IMG/VR virus record: IMGVR_UViG_2799112719_000001
Source: a virus
Direction: 5' to 3' (one strand)
DNA: 64,000 nucleotides
The first letter of the stretch is position 1; the number at the start of each line of letters is the position of its first letter. The notes under the pieces were generated by a model. The model saw nothing but the letters and a program-made list of their open reading frames with translations, searched no databases and was not told where the DNA came from. A program made the position numbers and the translations under genes. Positions 1-8,005 of this stretch are shown here, in pieces.

Positions 1-2
1 CC

Positions 3-2375
3 AAGAAAAGCGGGGCCGGCTGCATGGCTCACGAGTGGTTCCACGCTGCCGACTGGTTCGCAGGCAATGGCCACGCCCAGACAGAGCACCCAACAGACAG
101 CGACGCAGGCCGCGCCGCTTCTGCCCTGGTTGCTGCCATCAAGAAAACCGACTTTTATAGACGGTCGCAGGAATTAGTGACCTATAGCCCGAAGGGTTCC
201 TATTGGGTGGAAAATTGCGAGCTTGCCGCCCGTGGTTTTGAAGGTGTTATGCTGGTTTTGTTGGATGCTGCCGGCATCTGTTCCGACTTCCTGGTAAATG
301 TGAATAGCTGGGACGCTTTCACGGCTGCCGATGTCGAGCACCGCTCCAGCATTTACCCCTATCCGTCAGCCGCTGAAGCTGCCGAGCTGCTGCCCTATTA
401 TCTGGACTTTTTCCGCGCTGTCTTCGGTGCTCATGTTCAGGTATGCGCCGCCGCTCTGATGGCCGCAGAGCAGGCCACAGAGAAAGCCAACCAGGAGCGA
501 GCAATAACAGCCGCTAAACGTGAGCGCGAGGCCGCAGAGAAGAAAGCAGCCGAGGAAGCCGAGAGACAGGCCCGCGAGCAGGAGCAACAGAGACAGGAGG
601 CCGAGCGCGAGGCCAAGGCCGCAGAGATCGCCGCCGTGCTGTCCGATATTCCAGGAGTAACCGCCGCCCGTCGTATGGCTTGCAATGGTGGTGCCCTTGC
701 TGTGTGTGCTTTATGGGATGCCCAAATTATCACCGTTTTTGCAACTGCCGCAGAAGCTAAGACGATGACCGCCCAGGAGATCGCCGCCCGCGTCTCTGTC
801 CTGCAATATAAGCGCAAGCCAGCCCGCACAAAAAACCCGATGATCCACGCCCGCGCCCACTCTGTCGAGTTCTGCAAATGGGATGCCGCCGAGTTCCTGG
901 AGTGGATTGCCAACGGTGCCGGCCTGTCGCGCTTTGCTTGGGAGTTCGCAGAATTGGCCGCCAAGTATGGCCGCCAGCCTGCCGACTTCAGAGCAGAAGC
1001 CGAGAAGATGGCCGCCGACCTTGAAAGCCTGAAGGCTGCACAGGCCCAGAAATGGGCACAGGAGAGCGAGCAGGCCACCGAGCAGACCAACACCAAGGCC
1101 GAGCCGAGAAAAGCCAGCAGAAGCGACGAAAACGCCGCGCCCGCTGAGTGCTTGCAACTGGTCGAGATTGCCAACGGTGTGGCCGTCATTCCTGCCGATG
1201 GTTACGACTACCGCGCTACCCTGTTTAATCGCCGCCAGATTAAGGCGCACGGCTGCCGCTGGAATAAAGACAGCCAGCAATGGGAAGCCACCGCCGTCGC
1301 TGATGTTGCCAACGTCCGCGCATGGTTCGCACAGTCTGCCCCCGCTGCCGATGAGCAGCAGGAGCAGACCCAGGAGCCAGCAGCCGCCGCACCCGTTGCA
1401 GAGACCACCGAGGCCGCGCCTGTTATAGAGTCTGCGAAAAATCAGGCTCCCACCCTCCCCGACTGGCTCCACGTTGGCGCAATGGTCGAGACGATGCCCC
1501 GCACGATGTTAGACTCTCGCTGCCGTCCTGTCGAGGTGCCTGCCGAGGTGCTGAAGGTGACAGCCATCACCGATGAATGGGTAGAAATGCAGAACGAGAA
1601 GAGCTGCGAGAGCGTCAGAATAGAAAATGCGGTTATGTCCCTGCGTCCCTATTATAGTGAGAGTGAGAAATTAGAGCTTTTAGAGTCTGCACTTGCTGCC
1701 GATGAGCAGCAGGAGCAACTCCAGGAGCAGCAGCCGGAACCGTCTCAGGAAAAGCCCGCCCGCGTCTGTCTCTATGACATTGCAACCAATCAGCGCACCC
1801 CAGAATGGCGCACGAGTTTTGCAGACATGCAGATCGCCCAGGAGTGGCTACAACGCGCCATGAATGGCACAGGAGCACTGGCCGCCGATGCTGTTGACGT
1901 TATAGACGTTAATCCCTATTGGGGTGTATATTATAGCCATAGAAATAAAGAATATATATGTCTGTTTCTTGTGGCTGAGAATGAGAAGCCGGAATATCGC
2001 GCCGAGGAATTGCGCCACAGGCTTACAGAAGGCCGTGAGCGTCATATCTGTGCCCGACTGGAGAAAGCTATCACAGAGGCAACAGAAAGCGGCCACGCCT
2101 ATATTATAGAGGTCGATGGAGATTGCAGTCGCTTAGTGATTGAGCCAGACCCACGCCACCCCAACGCCCTGCGCTGGACGTGGTACGAGGGTGCCGAAGT
2201 CGATGAGCGACACACCGAGCAGACAGCCGCGCAATGTGCCTCTATTGCCTACACATTCCGCGAGGGTCACGCCTTAGAGTTAGGACTCCAGACCACCACG
2301 CCCAAGGCCGTGAACTTTGCCGACTACTCAGATCTGCCGGTCGTGCCACTTCAAAAAGTGGCCGCCGCTGGCTGA
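3..2375 (+). CDS. 5'-partial large Ala/Glu-rich protein with HExxH (HEWFH) zincin-like motif, polyvalent-protein-like
   Basis: Frame is open to the window edge (KKSGAGC precedes the M at 24). HEWFH lies at codons 3-7 of the tracked ORF. Long acidic/coiled linkers; visibly higher GC than the rest of the window. Confidence 0.5.
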   Translation, partial: KKSGAGCMAHEWFHAADWFAGNGHAQTEHPTDSDAGRAASALVAAIKKTDFYRRSQELVTYSPKGSYWVENCELAARGFEGVMLVLLDAAGICSDFLVNVNSWDAFTAADVEHRSSIYPYPSAAEAAELLPYYLDFFRAVFGAHVQVCAAALMAAEQATEKANQERAITAAKREREAAEKKAAEEAERQAREQEQQRQEAEREAKAAEIAAVLSDIPGVTAARRMACNGGALAVCALWDAQIITVFATAAEAKTMTAQEIAARVSVLQYKRKPARTKNPMIHARAHSVEFCKWDAAEFLEWIANGAGLSRFAWEFAELAAKYGRQPADFRAEAEKMAADLESLKAAQAQKWAQESEQATEQTNTKAEPRKASRSDENAAPAECLQLVEIANGVAVIPADGYDYRATLFNRRQIKAHGCRWNKDSQQWEATAVADVANVRAWFAQSAPAADEQQEQTQEPAAAAPVAETTEAAPVIESAKNQAPTLPDWLHVGAMVETMPRTMLDSRCRPVEVPAEVLKVTAITDEWVEMQNEKSCESVRIENAVMSLRPYYSESEKLELLESALAADEQQEQLQEQQPEPSQEKPARVCLYDIATNQRTPEWRTSFADMQIAQEWLQRAMNGTGALAADAVDVIDVNPYWGVYYSHRNKEYICLFLVAENEKPEYRAEELRHRLTEGRERHICARLEKAITEATESGHAYIIEVDGDCSRLVIEPDPRHPNALRWTWYEGAEVDERHTEQTAAQCASIAYTFREGHALELGLQTTTPKAVNFADYSDLPVVPLQKVAAAG

Positions 2376-2502
2376 CTCTTTCAGGGTGGGGCCTGTGACC
2401 GATCAAGTGCCAACGGCCTCCTACCACAGCGGCACCGCCCCACCCTCTTTATAGAACATCTGAAAATTCACAGTTTTCATAAATTCATAAATTCATTAAG
2501 TC

Positions 2503-2748
2503 ATGGTTATCATTAATGGTCATAAGCTCTATGAGGTGCCTTCATCGTGTGGAACATGCCCGTTCCTTCTGACTGGCAACACCGATTGCCCTGGTGTAGG
2601 TTCTGGATATAGCAAAGGCATTTGCCTCCAGTGGGATGAAACACACCACACCTGGGCACACATCCCCAGACGTTGTGAAAAGCTCTTCAAGCAGGCTTTT
2701 GCCCTATACGATGACAGCGGCATGGATTTAGTAATCACTAAGAAATAA
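2503..2748 (+). CDS. hypothetical Cys-rich small protein
   Basis: 81-aa ORF. ATG lies 3 nt after a TTCATAAA x3 leader repeat. Confidence 0.5.
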   Translation: MVIINGHKLYEVPSSCGTCPFLLTGNTDCPGVGSGYSKGICLQWDETHHTWAHIPRRCEKLFKQAFALYDDSGMDLVITKK

Positions 2749-2794
2749 TAATTTTTATTAACCGAGCTGCAAGGCTCACTAAACATTAAGTAAT

Positions 2795-3028
2795 ATGATA
2801 CTACGAATTATTAACGAATGGAAAGATGGCACTCGTCAAGAATCAGCAGATAACTATGGTGTATCTACTGGACGCTATAAGTTGGCATGTATGACTACAT
2901 CGGCTAAGACTTACCACCCTGATACCTTCAAGAATATCGAACGTGGTTTCCAGTATGTAAGTAACAATCCCTATAAATACAAGAATCCATGTACTACTAC
3001 TGTAACACTCGAAAGAGGTTGGGTATAG
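2795..3028 (+). CDS. hypothetical protein
   Basis: 77-aa ORF preceded by a leader hairpin ACCGAGC-tgcaa-GGCTCAC-TAAACA, similar to the leaders at 5141 and 7604. Confidence 0.45.
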   Translation: MILRIINEWKDGTRQESADNYGVSTGRYKLACMTTSAKTYHPDTFKNIERGFQYVSNNPYKYKNPCTTTVTLERGWV

Positions 3029-3059
3029 ACATTTTATAAATTCATTAATTCATTAAGTT

Positions 3060-3335
3060 ATGACAACGAGCGAAGTTTTTGGTTTGATCAAGCGACTTTA
3101 TTCAGGTTGTGGCATTGCCGAGCCAGTTGTGCGCCATGAGCATACGAATCGTTTTGGCGATACGTTGGTAGAAGTTGAGCACCCCTATCGCAGTAAGTAT
3201 CTCCAGATAGTCTATAATGGTGAGCAGATAAAAGGCCCTATCCTTGACTGTTGGATAAATCCTAACTATCTGTGTCGTTACAACTCTTCCAGTGAGATAG
3301 CAAACATTGAGCAGCTTCAGAAGTGGGCTGCATAA
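3060..3335 (+). CDS. hypothetical protein
   Basis: 91-aa ORF directly after a TTCATTAA x2 leader repeat. Confidence 0.5.
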   Translation: MTTSEVFGLIKRLYSGCGIAEPVVRHEHTNRFGDTLVEVEHPYRSKYLQIVYNGEQIKGPILDCWINPNYLCRYNSSSEIANIEQLQKWAA

Positions 3336-3387
3336 ACTCACCACTTCATTAATTCATCAAGTTATTAATTCATTAAAATATAAGATT

Positions 3388-4905
3388 ATGAATCTGTTTA
3401 CAAGTAACCCCGACTTTTATCCCACACCTAAAGAAGTGATTGCCCAGATGATGATGGGTGAGGATTTTATTGGTAAGACTATCCTGGAGCCGTCTGCTGG
3501 TTCTGGTAATATCGTTGACTGGCTGAAGCAGAACGGTGCCGGTCAAGTTATTGCCTGCGAGAATGACCCGCATTTGCTGAAGCTGTTACGTGGCAAATGT
3601 GACATCGTGGCCGAGGACTTTTTGACTGTCACCTCTGAGCAGGTTTCGCATGTTGACTATATCGTAATGAACCCGCCATTTAGTGAGGGTGCCAAGCACA
3701 TCCTTCATGCTTTCGACATTGCCCCCGCTGGTTGTACTATTGTGGCCCTTTGCAACAGTAGCAACTTTGAAAGTTGCTATCGTGATAAAACTAAGGCTCA
3801 ACTTAAAGAGACTGTTGAGTTGTATGGCCAGCGTGAGTTTTTGGGGAATATTTTCAAGAATGCAGAACGATGCACAGAGGTACATGTAGAACTGGTTAAG
3901 CTCTATAAAGAAGGTGAGGGTGAGAATGAGTTTGACGGTTACTTCTTTGAGCAGTTTGACAGTGACGTGGCCGGAGGTTCTGAAGAGGGATTGATGCAAT
4001 ATAACTTCGTGCGCGACATCGTGAACCGCTATACTTCTGCCGTGCGAATGTTTGACCAAGTGATGCAGCTGTCAAAGGATATAAATGAGGTTGCCGATTT
4101 CTACGACTTTAAGACCATTCAGGACCCCAAGACTGGTGAGTTGCGTCAGGAGAAAGTAACCTATGGTGGTTTACCTATAACCTTTGGTGCCCAGACTAAG
4201 AGCGAACATCCTACGGCTGTCAGTCATCAGCGTTATAAGCGTGAACTTCAGAAGCACTACTGGCATATCATTTTCCAGAAACTCAACATGGATAAGTATG
4301 CTACCAAGGATTTGCGCGAGCAGATCAATAAGTTTATAGAGTCGCAGAAGTGTGTTCCGTTTACTATGAAGAATATTTATAAGGTAGTGGATATGGTTAT
4401 CCAGACCAATGGGCAAAGGATGCTGAAAGCTCTGGAGGAAGCCTTTGATGTTATTTGCAGCCTGAGTGCAGAAAACTCTACCGCTGGCGAGAAATGGAAG
4501 ACTAATGCCAACTATATGGTGAATCGTCGTTTTATAGTTGACTATATCACTGAGGGCTATTTCTATGGTCGTACCAATTACACTGTTGACTTCCCTTGTG
4601 GTGGTCGTACTGAGATAATGGAGGATGTCTGTAAGGCTCTGTGTTATCTGACAGGTCGTAATTACGATGAGATAGGCCGTCTCTCTTCTGTTGGTCGTGG
4701 TAAGGAGTGGGGCAAATGGTTTGAGTGGGGTTTCTTCCGCTGTCGTGGGTATAAGAAGGGAACCATGCACTTTGAGTTTCTGGATGAAGATGTATGGGGA
4801 AAGTTTAATTATGAGGTGGCCGTCCTGAAGTCAAAAACTAAAGGCTGGGATTTGCCGAAAGTTACACCAAAGAAGTCAAAGATGAAGAGGGCTGCATCTG
4901 CATAA
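3388..4905 (+). CDS. N6-adenine DNA methyltransferase with large C-terminal domain (DUF4942-like)
   Basis: SAM motif ILEPSAGSGNI is followed by the catalytic motif IVMNPPFSEG. Start moved from 3307 to ATG 3388 because 3340-3387 is the leader repeat. Confidence 0.8.
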   Translation: MNLFTSNPDFYPTPKEVIAQMMMGEDFIGKTILEPSAGSGNIVDWLKQNGAGQVIACENDPHLLKLLRGKCDIVAEDFLTVTSEQVSHVDYIVMNPPFSEGAKHILHAFDIAPAGCTIVALCNSSNFESCYRDKTKAQLKETVELYGQREFLGNIFKNAERCTEVHVELVKLYKEGEGENEFDGYFFEQFDSDVAGGSEEGLMQYNFVRDIVNRYTSAVRMFDQVMQLSKDINEVADFYDFKTIQDPKTGELRQEKVTYGGLPITFGAQTKSEHPTAVSHQRYKRELQKHYWHIIFQKLNMDKYATKDLREQINKFIESQKCVPFTMKNIYKVVDMVIQTNGQRMLKALEEAFDVICSLSAENSTAGEKWKTNANYMVNRRFIVDYITEGYFYGRTNYTVDFPCGGRTEIMEDVCKALCYLTGRNYDEIGRLSSVGRGKEWGKWFEWGFFRCRGYKKGTMHFEFLDEDVWGKFNYEVAVLKSKTKGWDLPKVTPKKSKMKRAASA

Positions 4906-4960
4906 ATTTAGAGTGACCGAAAATCGTGCCTATGGCCTCCTACCACAGCGGCACTCTCCT

Positions 4961-4995
4961 ACCCCATCAGTCTTCTGGCTGGTGGGGTGTTTTAC
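4961..4995 (+). terminator. Terminator after the N6-MTase gene
   Basis: CCCCATCAG-tcttctgg-CTGGTGGGG then TGTTTT. Confidence 0.55.
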
Positions 4996-5091
4996 ACCTC
5001 TTTACACCTGCAAATTACACCTCTTTACACCTAAAAAAATGTGGCAAAAACAAACTTTTTTCGCTTTTTCTTGAAAAAAGTTCAAAAAATA

Positions 5092-5123
5092 TTTGGTAGT
5101 TTCAAATATTCTTTGTAATTTTG
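5092..5123 (+). promoter_or_regulatory. Bacteroidota-type promoter P1
   Basis: TTTG at 5092-5095 and TAATTTTG at 5116-5123, 20-nt spacer. Confidence 0.6.
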
Positions 5124-5176
5124 CAGCAGAAATCAGTAATAACCGCGTCACCGAGACGCACAAAACAAGTTTAGAT

Positions 5177-5512
5177 ATGGCAAAAAGCAAAATTCAAGTC
5201 CGTTTGACTACTAAGCAGGATCAAGGCATTGACTACACTCATGTTAGTTGTGCCAAAGGTATCTTAGGTGGTATCTATTTCCTGGAAGACGATGACTACC
5301 ATTTCCGTTACTCTATCCAGATGACTAACGGCTGGTGGTATGATAAGACTTTTGAGACAGAACTGGAGGCCGTTCGCTATCTGGTTCAGAACTCTTTCCT
5401 GATGAATTGGAACTATGACGTTATCAGCATTAAGCTGGGCTTTTATAGCAACTCTGAACGTGGTGCTATCACTTTCCGCGACAATATCCAGAATATTAAC
5501 TTAGCAGCATAA
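5177..5512 (+). CDS. hypothetical protein
   Basis: Internal ATG (MAKSKIQ) lies downstream of promoter P1 and a conserved leader. The tracked upstream start at 5093 falls inside the promoter. Confidence 0.5.
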   Translation: MAKSKIQVRLTTKQDQGIDYTHVSCAKGILGGIYFLEDDDYHFRYSIQMTNGWWYDKTFETELEAVRYLVQNSFLMNWNYDVISIKLGFYSNSERGAITFRDNIQNINLAA

Positions 5513-5517
5513 CAACT

Positions 5518-5910
5518 ATGGTTACGAAGAAAATACAGAAGGAAGTCATCGAGTATATTGCCGAGACTTTTAATCAGGAGCCTTACGAGTGGCTGACAGA
5601 TAATCGCTTTGTGGATCATCATGGCTGCGATGGCTATATCTTTAAGTCAGAATTGGCCGCACGTCGTTACATCCTGAGTGACATCCACGAATATGGTAGC
5701 GAGTGCGAGGGTGCTATGGGCGATGAAGATTGGATTTGTCTGCTGGTTGGTACTGGCATGAGAGAGTGTGATGCACGTCGAATTGTGGAGTCTGGTCAGT
5801 GGGAGAAAGTTGCCCGTAAAATGCTGGATAGTTGTGGTCCGTCTCACTTCCTGAGCACATATAGTGGCCAGGTGGCTACGATGAGCGATAGCAGCTTACT
5901 TTATTATTAA
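5518..5910 (+). CDS. hypothetical protein
   Basis: 130-aa ORF, tightly packed in the operon. Confidence 0.5.
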   Translation: MVTKKIQKEVIEYIAETFNQEPYEWLTDNRFVDHHGCDGYIFKSELAARRYILSDIHEYGSECEGAMGDEDWICLLVGTGMRECDARRIVESGQWEKVARKMLDSCGPSHFLSTYSGQVATMSDSSLLYY

Positions 5911-5937
5911 TTCATTAACTCATTAATTCATCAAGTT

Positions 5938-6252
5938 ATGACTAAGGTAGTTTTCCGTAAGTTCAAGGATGGCGAAGTTATTGCCGTGTTCCCAGAGGTT
6001 TCATATAACTATGTACATATCATGTCGTATCAGCATGTCGGACAGCATGGCGACTGTGTGCCCTGGATATCCTCTTTCACTAAGCCGGCCACCCCAGATG
6101 AGTATGCCGACCTGTTGGCAGAATTGAAATCTATTGGCTACGATGATTTGCAGATCTGCAAGCGTATTAATCAGAATGCCTGCCGCCGTTCTTTCTGTCA
6201 GTATGGCCAAAAGGAGGCTCCAGCTGCTATCACGTCAGCATTCCGTTCATAA
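5938..6252 (+). CDS. hypothetical protein
   Basis: 104-aa ORF after a TTCATTAA-type leader repeat. Confidence 0.5.
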   Translation: MTKVVFRKFKDGEVIAVFPEVSYNYVHIMSYQHVGQHGDCVPWISSFTKPATPDEYADLLAELKSIGYDDLQICKRINQNACRRSFCQYGQKEAPAAITSAFRS

Positions 6253-6281
6253 ATTCATTAATTCATAAATTCATTACGACT

Positions 6282-7091
6282 ATGGCAAAGAAAACGAATA
6301 ATAAGGAGAGTGTGGTTGACTACCTGAAGAGTGGTGAGCGCACAGTGGATGAAGCATGGAGCAAGGAGAGTGAGCCGTTTGTGAAGATTCGCACAGCGAC
6401 CGGCCTCTATACGTTCTATGAGTGGAGCGACCCAGTGAAGAATATGGACGCTTACAAAGAGATAGAAAACTATCGTAAGCGCGAAGAGCGCAGATTGGCT
6501 AACAAGATGAACTATGGCGATGAGCGTGGACGTAGTGCCGTGTTCTGTGACAACCGAACGGCTCTTGACCTGGCTCTGCTGAAAGACCGCCCAGACTATC
6601 TGCGTGTGGCCTATCGTGCCTACCTGATGACGCAGAAGGCTAAGAAGGAGGTTCGCCAGTATGTGTATCATAACCTGATAGTACGTGCCAACATGTTTCA
6701 TAAGGATGCCGAGAAGTTTCTGCTGAAGGAGATAGACCCCTATACGTTCGAGGTGCTGCCACCGGCATGGCGCAAGTGCATGAACGACCCGTGCCCAGAA
6801 CTGGAGGGTGTGACGCTGACAGACATCATGGAAGAGCTGACACCGGCATGGCGCAAAGGTCAGCGCATGGCCCGCCAGATGCGTGGTGGACGCTTCGTGC
6901 TCTGTGAGGTGGTGGGCTACGAAATCAACTATAAGTATGGCTATCGCTCGACGCTCAACGAGTGCAATCCATACGCCCTGGAGTATCGCGTGAAGACTGT
7001 TGGCGACGATGGCGAATATTCGCCAGTGTATAGCGTGAAGCGCGACAACGCCTATCCTGCTTTTCATGCTGAGAAAGACAATAAAAAGTAA
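6282..7091 (+). CDS. hypothetical protein
   Basis: 269-aa ORF after a leader repeat. The mirror ORF 6258-7067 (-) is judged a shadow. Confidence 0.55.
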   Translation: MAKKTNNKESVVDYLKSGERTVDEAWSKESEPFVKIRTATGLYTFYEWSDPVKNMDAYKEIENYRKREERRLANKMNYGDERGRSAVFCDNRTALDLALLKDRPDYLRVAYRAYLMTQKAKKEVRQYVYHNLIVRANMFHKDAEKFLLKEIDPYTFEVLPPAWRKCMNDPCPELEGVTLTDIMEELTPAWRKGQRMARQMRGGRFVLCEVVGYEINYKYGYRSTLNECNPYALEYRVKTVGDDGEYSPVYSVKRDNAYPAFHAEKDNKK

Positions 7092-7107
7092 CGTCTAACC
7101 GTTTAAT

Positions 7108-7470
7108 ATGTATCGTATGAGCAATTTCACTTTTACCGTCAGTCAGGTGCAAGGGGAGCACGGTCACAGCTTCCCTCTGCTGACTGCTAACGAATATCCC
7201 TGGATGAACGTCCAGATAGTGCCTACCCCACCCCATCAGCGCGACATCATCATGGACGCTCTGCGCAGACGTGGCGGTAGGGTGTGCATGGCCGAGGGCC
7301 GTCAGGACTTCGTGGCTATTCAGTCCGGTGGCGGTTCCAAGGAGCACCCCACCATTGAGGTGACTGCCGAGAACTACCGCGAGGTGGCCGATGCACTGCT
7401 GGCATGTCAGCAGGCTGCTGCCGACTTCTGGGCTGAGAACTCGGAGTATTTAGGGGAAATTCTCCGCTAA
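7108..7470 (+). CDS. hypothetical protein
   Basis: 120-aa ORF in operon context. Confidence 0.45.
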   Translation: MYRMSNFTFTVSQVQGEHGHSFPLLTANEYPWMNVQIVPTPPHQRDIIMDALRRRGGRVCMAEGRQDFVAIQSGGGSKEHPTIEVTAENYREVADALLACQQAAADFWAENSEYLGEILR

Positions 7471-7545
7471 TTTCCCCTAATTTCCCTTGTTTTATGAACA
7501 AAAACAAACTTTTTTCGCTTTTTCTTGAAAAAATATCGAAAATTA

Positions 7546-7577
7546 TTTGGTGGTTTCAGAAATAATGCTTACCTTTG
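7546..7577 (+). promoter_or_regulatory. Bacteroidota-type promoter P2 (duplicate of the P1 module)
   Basis: TTTG at 7546-7549 and TACCTTTG at 7570-7577. Confidence 0.6.
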
Positions 7578-7640
7578 CAGCAGATAAGTTAATTATTAGT
7601 ATTCACCGAGCCAACTGAGGCTCACAAAACAAGAAAGAAT

Positions 7641-7949
7641 ATGGCAAACAAAAAATCTCTTCGCAAGCGTCAGTTACAAGATCTCAGAGGTCTGGTACAT
7701 TCTAACGACTTCAAACTTCTGGTGCCAGTAGAACTGTGCTGCCTGAAGGGTGGTGGTTTCACCATTACTGCCACACACCTCTCTCCTGATGAGGACTTTG
7801 TAGATGTGTTCGTACAGAGTGGCGACTTCGACGCTATCAATGAGAATCGTGCCGGCTGCTGCATGGCCAGTGATCTGACAGCTGAGTCGTTGGCACGTCT
7901 GCATCAAGCAGCTTGGAAGGCTGCCTTTACTGGTGGCAGACTTCACTAA
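7641..7949 (+). CDS. hypothetical protein
   Basis: 102-aa ORF downstream of promoter P2 and the conserved leader. Confidence 0.45.
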   Translation: MANKKSLRKRQLQDLRGLVHSNDFKLLVPVELCCLKGGGFTITATHLSPDEDFVDVFVQSGDFDAINENRAGCCMASDLTAESLARLHQAAWKAAFTGGRLH

Positions 7950-8005
7950 TTCATTATTTCATCAATTCATCAATTCACCGTTTCATTAAAAAACAGAAAA
8001 CAATT

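Noticed and set aside
319-1472. Long antisense ORFs (437-1189, 711-1472 and others) opposite the first gene
   Set aside because: The proteins are low-complexity and rich in Ala, Ser, Gly, Leu and Cys. These are shadow frames of a GC-rich sense ORF and carry no start context or motifs.
6258-7067. 269-aa minus-strand ORF mirroring 6282-7091
   Set aside because: The plus-strand ORF has the leader repeat and matches the operon orientation. The minus-strand product is rich in His, Leu and Val with no context.
7913-8005. Upstream starts offered by the ORF track (7913, 3307, 5093, 17975, 23922, 24493, 26867, 30905, 56930, 60514)
   Set aside because: The extra N-terminal residues translate leader repeats, promoter boxes or terminators. 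Internal ATGs directly after those elements were used instead.
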